In this document: piece after piece, positions 9,068-17,669 of the stretch
Layout: the number at the start of each line of letters is the position of its first letter
How positions within the stretch are numbered: the stretch's first letter is position 1
Assembly (NCBI GenBank): GCA_036479435.1
Contig: JAZGFI010000292.1
Coordinates: 1 to 60,070, forward strand
Direction of reading: 5' to 3'
Origin: Planctomycetota bacterium
GTDB lineage: Bacteria > Planctomycetota > GCA-002687715 > DRQF01
Length of the DNA stretch: 60,070 nucleotides
Position numbers and translations under genes: made by a program
The notes under the pieces: generated by a model
The model's input: the letters and a program-made list of their open reading frames with translations, nothing else
What the model was told of the DNA's origin: nothing
The model's database searches: none

Positions 9068-10323
9068 CATCGATCACGATACATCCGACCGACGTCTGGA
9101 CACTCGACAAGGCAGGCCAGTTATGCGCACAGCGCAGTGGCATCCTAACGGTCAAGTTTTCTGATGGTGAGCACGAGACCGTGGACATTGCCATCGCCCC
9201 AGGGGACACGCCACGCGCCACGAAGGATTGTCTACTCGCGAGCTTGCATACGTTGCGCATTGCCCGCCACCGTGCTGGGAAGTCGGTGAAGGAGATCTTT
9301 GATCTTGTGACCGACATCCACCGTCAAATGCCCGCCGTCTTGAGCGCTGGCTCGGGTCGATGCACAGCGACATGGGATGGCGACCGGTGCGGCCTCCCTC
9401 AGGGTCACGTCGGCGACCATCGCGCCAACGGCTTGAACTCTGCGTTTGAGAAAGTTTGGCGTCCTAGATGTGGTGGCGACCAGCTGGGCGTCCTGACGCC
9501 CAAGCGGGGCACCTTGGACTTGAAGGCCGTCGACCGCGCGCGGGCCGATGCGTATATGGGCAACTACACCTGTACATGCATGGGCGGCCAGCGCTCGCCG
9601 TCGTGCGCGGTGCACGGCAAGGGTGGGCTTGAGGAGAAAGGAGCCACTGCTGTTCCCATCGGATGCTACGGCGCCACGCCCATTCCCGTGACTGAGGCGG
9701 CGGACCACTTGCCCGGTCTCTACCGCGACGTATGTGCGCAACGGGACAAGGCGCAGGCGCAGCTCGCGAAGGCCGTTGCCCCGCAAGCGCTTAAGGAGGA
9801 GCTCGTTGCTTATGCCAATCGATGGGAGAGCCTCCTGATCGACGTTAAGCAGGTGGTATGCGAGGTCTGCTGTACGTCGTACGTTACTGGTGACGGCGAG
9901 CACGGACTGTGCCCCAAATGTTACCCAGGCACCAAGACCTACAACTCGCGTCTGACCGACCCGAAGTTCTGGCCCGGCCACCGGTTCGTGTGGAGCGACA
10001 GCCGCGGACCAAAGGGGCGATGGGTGCTGCTTGAGAACAACATCACGGTCAAGCTCGCCGACATCCGGAGGCTCGGCGAACTGTTGCCCCCGACCGCTGA
10101 CCGCGCCGTCGATGTCTTCACGTTGTTCGAGGCTGAGATGAAGCGCCTGCAGGCAATCGCCCGCGAGGTGGCAGCACCCATCGTCGAGCGTGCGGAGGCC
10201 TCAGCCAAGAGCGCCATGAAGCTCGCCGACAAGTGCGGTGACCTCGAGGCCAAGCTCGACCAGAAGCGCATTGAGTGCGACGTGCTGGGTGATGAAGTTA
10301 CGAGGTTGCGGCGGAAGCCATGA
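9064..10323 (+). CDS. mosaic Cys/His-motif and coiled-coil hypothetical protein
   Basis: 419-aa ORF with GTGA coupling; several Zn-like motifs. Confidence 0.6.
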   Translation: MTSITIHPTDVWTLDKAGQLCAQRSGILTVKFSDGEHETVDIAIAPGDTPRATKDCLLASLHTLRIARHRAGKSVKEIFDLVTDIHRQMPAVLSAGSGRCTATWDGDRCGLPQGHVGDHRANGLNSAFEKVWRPRCGGDQLGVLTPKRGTLDLKAVDRARADAYMGNYTCTCMGGQRSPSCAVHGKGGLEEKGATAVPIGCYGATPIPVTEAADHLPGLYRDVCAQRDKAQAQLAKAVAPQALKEELVAYANRWESLLIDVKQVVCEVCCTSYVTGDGEHGLCPKCYPGTKTYNSRLTDPKFWPGHRFVWSDSRGPKGRWVLLENNITVKLADIRRLGELLPPTADRAVDVFTLFEAEMKRLQAIAREVAAPIVERAEASAKSAMKLADKCGDLEAKLDQKRIECDVLGDEVTRLRRKP

Positions 10324-10601
10324 GGGTCTTCTTCGAAGACAAGGATGGCGGGGCGTTTGATGATGTCGACGCCGCGAACCTCATCGACGCAGGCGCGGTG
10401 AAGGCGATGGTCGCTGTCCTCGCCTCGTCTAGCACTGAAGAGTTCTTGGTAGTCTGCCTCCGGAGCGATCTTCCAAGCGGCCAAACGGCGCTCTCCACAG
10501 TGGAGCTGTCAATATTGCTCGACGCCTGCGACATGTTCGTAGCGAAGCACGGCGACCCACGCATCTTCGAGACGGCAGCTCGTGCCAAGGACGTCCATTG
10601 A
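10320..10601 (+). CDS. hypothetical protein
   Basis: ATGA coupling. Confidence 0.5.
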   Translation: MRVFFEDKDGGAFDDVDAANLIDAGAVKAMVAVLASSSTEEFLVVCLRSDLPSGQTALSTVELSILLDACDMFVAKHGDPRIFETAARAKDVH

Positions 10602-10873
10602 AGCGATACACCGGCAAGGGCATTGAGGTGCGGCTCTCCCCGCGCATCGACCGCCAGGCGAACACAATCTTGGCCTTCGCGTTCTTACTCTCGCTCGACG
10701 GGTGCAACCGCATCGAACTTCGTCCCGAGGAGATGACCGCGCAGGTGCTGTTGACCGAGGGGGACGACGCAGACGCTATCGGGATGGCCATTGGGGAAGC
10801 GCTCGACCCCTATGCGTCTGGGCCGGTGGGCGTTGACCTCGTTGACGTCAGTCAGGAGGCGGCGAAGCAATGA
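10598..10873 (+). CDS. hypothetical protein
   Basis: TTGA coupling; AAGGA RBS. Confidence 0.5.
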   Translation: MKRYTGKGIEVRLSPRIDRQANTILAFAFLLSLDGCNRIELRPEEMTAQVLLTEGDDADAIGMAIGEALDPYASGPVGVDLVDVSQEAAKQ

Positions 10874-11208
10874 GGCCCGCCACGCTCCAGAACTGGATCG
10901 ACGCCTGCGCTGCCGCGTGGGCTGAGCTTTGCCACGGTCACGAGGGCGTGTACATCGACGCCACTCGTACCTCATGGGACGTGGCCATCGCCGAGCATGC
11001 GGCTAAGGTCCTCGCCAGGCATGACCTGGGTCGGGCTCGTGGCGCGGTTCCTGATGAGTGGCTCACAGTTGTCAGGTCCATCGCCGACCGAAAGCCGTGC
11101 TCGCCCGATGGCCTCGTGGCAGGGCCCAGCGGTTTGCGGCTCTCGACCAAGAGCCTTGTTCGCTCGCCGTTGCCCAAAGACGTCCTGAAAGCCGGAGTGA
11201 TCCGATGA
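10870..11208 (+). CDS. hypothetical protein
   Basis: AGGAGG RBS; ATGA coupling. Confidence 0.55.
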   Translation: MRPATLQNWIDACAAAWAELCHGHEGVYIDATRTSWDVAIAEHAAKVLARHDLGRARGAVPDEWLTVVRSIADRKPCSPDGLVAGPSGLRLSTKSLVRSPLPKDVLKAGVIR

Positions 11209-11387
11209 GGCTCGGCTACCAGCGCGCGATTCTGTTCGTCGTACTTTTCGGCGCGGTCAACCTGTCGCCCGATGGCGACCTCAGTTGGTTGGGCCACCTG
11301 GCGCTTGCGGCGCTCACCATCGTCGGAGACTTCGCCATCTGCAAGGCGTGGGAGCGAGAGCATGAGGAGGCACGGCCGAGGTCATGA
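11205..11387 (+). CDS. small two-TM membrane protein
   Basis: Two hydrophobic segments; ATGA coupling. Confidence 0.5.
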   Translation: MRLGYQRAILFVVLFGAVNLSPDGDLSWLGHLALAALTIVGDFAICKAWEREHEEARPRS

Positions 11388-11465
11388 GGGTCTCCCATAA
11401 GGACGTCACGCTCACGGAGACGGCATGAGCGTCATCGTGGCCGTGTGCCGTGTGCTGAGGCTGGT

Positions 11466-11837
11466 ATGAGCTTCAACGTGAAAGTGTCCGCGCCGGGCTG
11501 CGACAAGTGTGGCCACGCTGTGGTGGTCTGGGAGTGGACCGGGATGACCTACAACCTCGCCCCCATGTTCCGACTCGCGGGGTTCTATGAGCTCATGCAG
11601 TCGGAGTTTCGTCGGTGGCTCGAGAGCGGGGACGACCAACCGGCACCCGTCCTCACCGCAGACCTTCTGCCGCTCGCCGAATCAGGCCTAGCCGACATGG
11701 AGGAGAATCCGGCCAAGTATGAAGCGCTCAACCCGAGCAACGGATGGGGCGACTTTCGTGGCGCCCTCGAGTTCACTCGCGCGCTTGTGAACGCGTGTCA
11801 CATGGCCCCGCGCGGGGGTTTGCGGTTCTCGGGATGA
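11466..11837 (+). CDS. conserved phage hypothetical protein
   Basis: TYNLAPM...NPSNGWG motif recalled from other phage proteins. Confidence 0.7.
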   Translation: MSFNVKVSAPGCDKCGHAVVVWEWTGMTYNLAPMFRLAGFYELMQSEFRRWLESGDDQPAPVLTADLLPLAESGLADMEENPAKYEALNPSNGWGDFRGALEFTRALVNACHMAPRGGLRFSG

Positions 11838-12145
11838 GCGTCAGCTTCCCACCGGGGTGGAGCAAGCTGCCCGAGCCGCACTGCGCCGTGTGCCAGCTCC
11901 CGGTGGCCGTGCTGTGGGCGTTTGACAACGAGCGGCGCGAGCAGGTTTGGTTCCTGGCGTCGTGCCACGGGCAGAGCGAAATCCTCAAGGTGTCCTACGC
12001 CGAGGCCAACATCTACATCGAGCAAGGCGTGCTCTCCGTGCGCTTCAAGGGTGACGCTCCGCAGGGCACGGCCAACCCTCGAGGCTTCACCCCGCTCGCC
12101 GGCGACATCACGCACCGCGTGACCGGTGCACCCAAACCGGATTAG
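11834..12145 (+). CDS. hypothetical protein
   Basis: ATGA coupling; CAVC...CHG. Confidence 0.55.
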   Translation: MSVSFPPGWSKLPEPHCAVCQLPVAVLWAFDNERREQVWFLASCHGQSEILKVSYAEANIYIEQGVLSVRFKGDAPQGTANPRGFTPLAGDITHRVTGAPKPD

Positions 12146-12148
12146 ACT

Positions 12149-12265
12149 GGGCACGAGCCGTCCGGCGCGGTCAGTGGTCAGCCTTCGGGTTGGCGCCGCA
12201 GCGCTGGGTAAGTGCCTGGTGTCACGCAAGTCTCGCACTGGGCTGCCGCACTGGGCGGCTCGTTT
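12149..12265 (+). ncRNA. candidate structured ncRNA (long closing stem plus three hairpins)
   Basis: 12153-12174 pairs with 12243-12263; cUUCGg hairpin at 12177-12194; two further hairpins; TAGACT -10 box at 12143-12148. Confidence 0.5.
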
Positions 12266-12283
12266 GGCTGCTACCCTTCGGGG

Positions 12284-13690
12284 GTGAGGGAATGGCGTCC
12301 ACATCAAGGCCCGCAGGAGCGCTTCCTGCGCTGCCCGACCTTTGAGGCGCTCTATGGGGGCGCGGCCGGCGCCGGCAAGTCCGAGACGCTGATGATCTAC
12401 CCAACGCGCTGGATCAAGAACCCGAAGTTCAGGGCCATCATCTTCCGACGCACGATCCCTGAGCTGAAGCGCTACCTCGTTGAGCGCACCCCCGAGTTCT
12501 ATCGCCCGCTCGGGGGCATCTACAACCGGACCGATCGCAAATGGACGTTTCCGTCTGGCGCCGTCATCGAGCTCGGGGCCATGCAGCATGTCCAGGATCG
12601 CTTCAACTACGACTCAGTCGAGTACCAGTGTGTGTGCTTCGATGAGCTCACGACGTTCGAGAAGACGCAATACACGTACATGATTACGCGCATGCGGACG
12701 ACCGACCCCGCTCTCCCCATCAGGCTGCGCGCCGCCACCAACCCCGGTGGACCAGGTCACGAGTGGGTGCTCGAGCGGTTCGCTCCCTGGCTCTATCAGC
12801 CTGGCGAATACGAGGACGAGTGGGAGGGTCCCTACGCCTCTCCGGAGGAGCGCATGGCCTTCCTGAAGGAGGGCGACACCGAGGAGTCGGTGCCCATCGG
12901 AACCCCTGCCTCCGTCACCCGCACGTTCTTTCCGGCGACCATCGACGACAACCCGTCGATTGATGCCGATTACAAGTACCGGTTGCAGCAGACCGACGCG
13001 CTGACCTTCGCCCAGAAGCGCTACGGCGACTGGATGGCGCGGCCTGCCCCCGGGTTGTTCTTCCGTCGCGACATGTTCGCTGGCCGCTACCTTGACGTGT
13101 GTCCCACCGACGCCATTATGCGCGTGCGTCATTGGGACCTCGCGGCCACCGCCGACCCCGACGCCGACCCCGCCGAGGTGGCTGACAAGGGTCCCGATTG
13201 GACATGCGGCGTTCGGGTGTGCATCCGCCGGAACCTGACCTACGTCGTTGAGGACGTGGCACGGGCTCGCGTGGGCCCCGATGAGATCGAAGGCTACCTC
13301 GCAGCCACCGCCGACGCAGACCGCGCGGAATTCGACGGCGCCAAACACGTGCTCCAGACCATTGAGCAAGAGCCGGGTGCGAGCGGGAAGATTGTCGCCA
13401 ACTCGCTCCTGAAAGCCCTTCGGGGACACTGGGCCAAGTCGGTCCGGCCCACCGGGAGCAAGGTCGAGCGGGCCAAGCCATCGGCTGGCCAGGCCCGCGC
13501 AGGCAACGTCTACATGGTCAAAGCACCCTGGAATCGAGTATTCATAGCGGAGGCCGAAGCCTTCCCCTTCGGCAAGAAAGATCAGATTGACGGCTTCAGC
13601 GGCGCAATGGGTGAACTGATGGGCGCATCTCGAAAGAGAGCGGCTAGCGGTGGTCGTCGCCAGATGCCGCGCCGCATGGGTGGCTACTGA
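12284..13690 (+). CDS. terL: terminase large subunit
   Basis: GPQ..FL, LYGGAAGAGKS Walker A, FDELT, ATNPGGPGH, WDLA and DQID nuclease motifs; GTG 12284 chosen from the TACCCT-N6 signal. Confidence 0.95.
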   Translation: MREWRPHQGPQERFLRCPTFEALYGGAAGAGKSETLMIYPTRWIKNPKFRAIIFRRTIPELKRYLVERTPEFYRPLGGIYNRTDRKWTFPSGAVIELGAMQHVQDRFNYDSVEYQCVCFDELTTFEKTQYTYMITRMRTTDPALPIRLRAATNPGGPGHEWVLERFAPWLYQPGEYEDEWEGPYASPEERMAFLKEGDTEESVPIGTPASVTRTFFPATIDDNPSIDADYKYRLQQTDALTFAQKRYGDWMARPAPGLFFRRDMFAGRYLDVCPTDAIMRVRHWDLAATADPDADPAEVADKGPDWTCGVRVCIRRNLTYVVEDVARARVGPDEIEGYLAATADADRAEFDGAKHVLQTIEQEPGASGKIVANSLLKALRGHWAKSVRPTGSKVERAKPSAGQARAGNVYMVKAPWNRVFIAEAEAFPFGKKDQIDGFSGAMGELMGASRKRAASGGRRQMPRRMGGY

Positions 13691-13899
13691 TGGCCTACCC
13701 CCCTTTCCCATGGCGCCCACCTGCCGACGCTCCCACTGGAGCCTGGAAAGCGTACGCGGATGCTTGGTCGGTAGCGTGTCGGGCTACCCTGGACGGCGAT
13801 CGCCAACAGTCCCGCGATCGCCAACAGGCGCTTGTTGCCACCGTTGTTGTGCTGGCGGCGGTTGTCGTTGTCCTTCTTGGAGTGATCGCCAATGGCTGA
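13690..13899 (+). CDS. small membrane protein
   Basis: TGATG coupling; C-terminal TM helix. Confidence 0.5.
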   Translation: MAYPPFPWRPPADAPTGAWKAYADAWSVACRATLDGDRQQSRDRQQALVATVVVLAAVVVVLLGVIANG

Positions 13900-16438
13900 C
13901 CCGGCCCTCGACCTGACCGGCATGGGCGCGGCCGATCTGCGCAAGATCTTCGTCAAGCGGATCATGCCTCGCAGCGAGAAGTTCCGCCGGTTCTTCGGCC
14001 GCGGCACCGACATGGATTGCATCAAGGAGGCGATGCGCCAAGCCGAGGTCGGCATCATGGTCGGGCTCTGCGATCTCGAGAGCGAGACGCTTGGGCTGGA
14101 CCCCCACTGCAGCGCCGTCCTCGGCAAGCGCTTCCGAAGCGTGACCTGCCTCGATTGGGATCTGGTGCCACCCACCGGACCCGATGTGGACAAGGTTGAG
14201 GCCGAGCTCATCGCCCAGAAGGTGCGGAGCGACTTTGAGCGCATCCCCTTCTTATCCGAGCGCCTCTATGATCTGCTCTGGAGCAACTACGACGGTCGCG
14301 GCGTGGAGGAACTGTTCTGGGAGCGCTCCATGTCCGGGCGCTTCCCGTGGCGAATCTGTGAGATGCGGTGGGTGCATCCTCGGCGCGTCTCCTTCGGCCC
14401 CCGCCGCGAGCTCCGGGTTATCAATCCGTTCAACCTGCGCGGCGACTTCGTTGCAGACGGGTTCGCTGTGGACGAGTTCCCAGGCAAGTTCATCTACTGG
14501 CAGCCGCGTCTCTTTCGTGAGTATCCCGAGCGCGAAGGGCTGGCCCCGCGAATGCTCTACTGGACCTTCTTCAAGCGGTTCTCCTGGCGTACCCGCATGA
14601 TCTGGACCGAGCTCTTCGGTGTGCCGTGGCGCATCATCACGCAAGAAGCTGAGGTCGCCCAAGGCAGCAGCGTGGAGGATGCGCGGGACACCGCCGAGAA
14701 CCTCGGACAAGAGTCGACGGCCGCTTTCGATCCGGGCATGAAACTCGATATCGTGCAGCCCGACGGCGAGCACGCCGACGTGTTCCGCATGAGCCACGAG
14801 GACGTCAACCTCGAGATGTCCAAGCTCGTGCTCGGTCAGACGGGCACCACCGACGCTGTTGCCAACCGCGCCGAGTCGATCACGATGAAGAGCGAGCAGG
14901 ACATCATCCTGCAAGCTGATGCCCGCGGGCTCGGCGAGCGCGTGGACCACTTCATGGTGCAGCCCACCACCATCATGAACTTCGGCGAGAGCTCGCTGCC
15001 CAACGCGCCCAGGTTCGTGATCAAGGCCGAGCCTCCGCGCGACATGAACAAGGAGCAGGAGCGCGCCGATCGGGCCGTGCAGATCGGCGTGCCCGTGGCC
15101 GTGAAGCAGTACCGGGAGATCGCAGGGCTTCGCAAGCCGGAGGACGACGAGCAGGTCTTGGTGAGCGCTGGCGGTGGGGGTACAGATGCATTCGGAAACC
15201 CGCTGGGGCCGAGCACACGCATTCAGGATCCAGGGGCCGAGCCGCGCACCAACATCGACGATGCGGCTGCCAGCGATACCATCGAGGACCGCGGCAACGA
15301 CGGTGCGTCCGCCCGCGCCGAGGACGACCTTGTTGCAGCCATCCGCTCTGGGGAGAACTGGGAGCTCTATGGGCTGGCAGCGGCGGAGCCGCTCTGGGGA
15401 ACGAGGGCCCAGATCGCGCTGACTGCGCTCCCGCCAAGCGAAGAGCCTGCGCGGGTGCACGGCAGCCCCGAGTTCGTGGTAGACGCTGGCGCAGGCGAAG
15501 GCGCGCAGACCACCACCCAGTGGGCCAAGTTCATGACGCGCGCGGTCGCCGGTCAAGAGACCCCCGAGGACATCAGCGCATCGCTCAATACCGCGGGTCT
15601 GCAGATCGATGAGAGTGCCCTGCAAGGGAGCGTTATGCGACAGCTCATCCGCTCGGCACTACTCGGCGCCCTCGATGCCGATTGGGAGGCTGAGAACGAT
15701 GAGATCGTGGAGCCACCGCCGTTCGAGATGACGCGCAAACCCCATGGTCTCGGTGAGTTTCCCGACATCGTTGCGCGCATGGATGCGTGGCGCGCCTGGG
15801 AAGCGAAGCGGATGCAGCAATCCCGCATTCCCGACTTCGTCTTGCGCCCCTTCGCTGAGGCCATCGAGTCGTTCCTGTCGCGCAATCTGCTCACGCGGCC
15901 CGCGTTCGATCGGCTGGTCGGGGAGGCTCGAAGGAGGTCATTCACCATCGCCGGCGCTGCCAAACTGGACATGGTGCGCGTGGCACACGAGGAGCTCGGC
16001 AAGTCGCTCGCGGCCGGCACGGACCTCCGCCAGTTTGAGAAGCTGCTCGGCGAGCGGTTCACGAGCGCAGGGTGGACCACGCTCAAGCCGAGCCACGTGC
16101 AGCTCATCTACCGCAACGGCGTGATGAGCGCCTACGCCTCGGGCCGCAACGTCCAGATGACCCAGCCCGCGGTGCTCGCCGCCCGCCCGTTCTGGCAGGT
16201 CGTGACCGCTGGCGATTCGCGCGTGCGCAAGGAGCACAGGGCCCTCCACGGCAAGGTGTTGCGCGCCTCAGACCCATTCTGGGCTCGCGCCCCGTTGCCC
16301 TGGTCTCATAACTGCCGCTGCCGCAAAGTCAGCCGGTCCGCACGCGATCTCGAGCGTCGTGGATTCAAGGTCGTAGATGGCTCATCCTTGACGGGCGTCC
16401 CCGATCCGGGTTGGGATGGCAGTGGACTAATCGGATAG
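13892..16438 (+). CDS. DUF935 (Mu gp29-like) portal fused to a Mu gpF-like minor head protein
   Basis: N-half: W..W.E.FGVPWRI and MSKLVLGQT; C-half: RSFTIAG, IYRNG..AY.SGR, TAGDSRVR.EHRALHGKV, P.SHNCRC. Confidence 0.88.
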   Translation: MADPALDLTGMGAADLRKIFVKRIMPRSEKFRRFFGRGTDMDCIKEAMRQAEVGIMVGLCDLESETLGLDPHCSAVLGKRFRSVTCLDWDLVPPTGPDVDKVEAELIAQKVRSDFERIPFLSERLYDLLWSNYDGRGVEELFWERSMSGRFPWRICEMRWVHPRRVSFGPRRELRVINPFNLRGDFVADGFAVDEFPGKFIYWQPRLFREYPEREGLAPRMLYWTFFKRFSWRTRMIWTELFGVPWRIITQEAEVAQGSSVEDARDTAENLGQESTAAFDPGMKLDIVQPDGEHADVFRMSHEDVNLEMSKLVLGQTGTTDAVANRAESITMKSEQDIILQADARGLGERVDHFMVQPTTIMNFGESSLPNAPRFVIKAEPPRDMNKEQERADRAVQIGVPVAVKQYREIAGLRKPEDDEQVLVSAGGGGTDAFGNPLGPSTRIQDPGAEPRTNIDDAAASDTIEDRGNDGASARAEDDLVAAIRSGENWELYGLAAAEPLWGTRAQIALTALPPSEEPARVHGSPEFVVDAGAGEGAQTTTQWAKFMTRAVAGQETPEDISASLNTAGLQIDESALQGSVMRQLIRSALLGALDADWEAENDEIVEPPPFEMTRKPHGLGEFPDIVARMDAWRAWEAKRMQQSRIPDFVLRPFAEAIESFLSRNLLTRPAFDRLVGEARRRSFTIAGAAKLDMVRVAHEELGKSLAAGTDLRQFEKLLGERFTSAGWTTLKPSHVQLIYRNGVMSAYASGRNVQMTQPAVLAARPFWQVVTAGDSRVRKEHRALHGKVLRASDPFWARAPLPWSHNCRCRKVSRSARDLERRGFKVVDGSSLTGVPDPGWDGSGLIG

Positions 16439-16456
16439 GACGCAGGAGCGACACCA

Positions 16457-17665
16457 ATGGCATTGACCACAATCGCAGTAACGCAACTCTCGACCGCGAA
16501 CGATCGCGTTGGCATCCCCAGGGCGTTAGAGACGCTCCGTGACGAATCGGAGGTCAGGATCGCGGCACTGGAGGCCGGCGTGGCCGCTGGCGACATCAAG
16601 CCATCGGTACGGGCCGCATCCAACACCGCCCTTGCTGCCTACACGCGCACGGCGAATGTCATCACAGCGGACGCCAACGGCGCCCTTTCGGCGCAGGACG
16701 GCATCACGCTGGTGGCGGGCGAGGAGTTCCTGCTCAAGGACGGTGCTGCCGGTGCGGACAATGGGCCCCAGGTCATTACCCAGATTGGAGATGGCTCCAA
16801 TCCCTTCATCCTGACGCGTCGAGCGACCGAGAACACATCCGCCGAGGTCACCGGCGGCATGGTCGTGCCGATCAACGAAGGAACGCTCTTCGCCGACACG
16901 GCCTTCAAGCTCACTACGAACGACCCGATCACGCTGAACACGACGGCGTTGACGTTCGCCCAGATCCCGTGGGGGTTCGGAGCCGCGCCAGGAGAAACCG
17001 GCTCGGCGGGGGCCGCGGGGACGTCGACCGCAACGGCACGTCTCGACCACGTGCACAAGGAGCACACTCGCGAAGCACGCTACGTGATGACCACGGACGT
17101 GCCCAGCCTTGCGGCCTTCGTCCTGGCCCAGGATGGTGTCACTGGGGCCGAGGGCGAGATCGTTCTCCTCGTCGGGCAGACGTCGAAAGACGAGAACGGC
17201 CCCTACATCATCGGCACCGTCTCCGGCACAGCCCCGCTCACACGCCCCGCATGGTGGCCCGCGGCTGCCAGTGTCCAGGGCGGCTATGAGCTCGCGGTTG
17301 CCGAGGGCACCATCTTCGCCGACACCAAGTGGTTCATCTCCACGAACGGCGCGGTCGTAGTCGACACCACGGCCCACGACTGGTATCCGCGGAGCGTGAC
17401 TCAGTCGGTAGTGCTCACGGCTGGTACCGTGACAATCGCGACTGTGCCGATTCTGTCGCTCACCAAGAGCAACGTGCTGCTGACGCGCCAGATCGCCAAC
17501 ACCTCCACCGCCACGGACGGCGGGTATCACCCCACCACCGGTGGCTCCACCGGCCTCACAGCAGGCGTGGTCGGCACCGCCGCTGCCATTATCGAGGCGT
17601 GTGTTGCCGCTGGCACGATCAACGCGGCTGACATCTCAACGCTGCACGCTACGATCATCAACTAG
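16457..17665 (+). CDS. virion structural protein with duplicated fibre-type domain (putative head fibre/decoration)
   Basis: Two copies of QDG.T...GE..LL......NGP....LTR....EGT.FADT; AGGAG RBS. Confidence 0.7.
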   Translation: MALTTIAVTQLSTANDRVGIPRALETLRDESEVRIAALEAGVAAGDIKPSVRAASNTALAAYTRTANVITADANGALSAQDGITLVAGEEFLLKDGAAGADNGPQVITQIGDGSNPFILTRRATENTSAEVTGGMVVPINEGTLFADTAFKLTTNDPITLNTTALTFAQIPWGFGAAPGETGSAGAAGTSTATARLDHVHKEHTREARYVMTTDVPSLAAFVLAQDGVTGAEGEIVLLVGQTSKDENGPYIIGTVSGTAPLTRPAWWPAAASVQGGYELAVAEGTIFADTKWFISTNGAVVVDTTAHDWYPRSVTQSVVLTAGTVTIATVPILSLTKSNVLLTRQIANTSTATDGGYHPTTGGSTGLTAGVVGTAAAIIEACVAAGTINAADISTLHATIIN

Positions 17666-17669
17666 GCCC

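Noticed and set aside
12149..12265. Canonical tRNA, hammerhead or twister-type ribozyme
   Set aside because: No TTCRA T-loop, 7-nt anticodon loop or CCA; no CTGATGA/GAAA core; only loose GCAAG similarity. Kept as an unassigned ncRNA candidate
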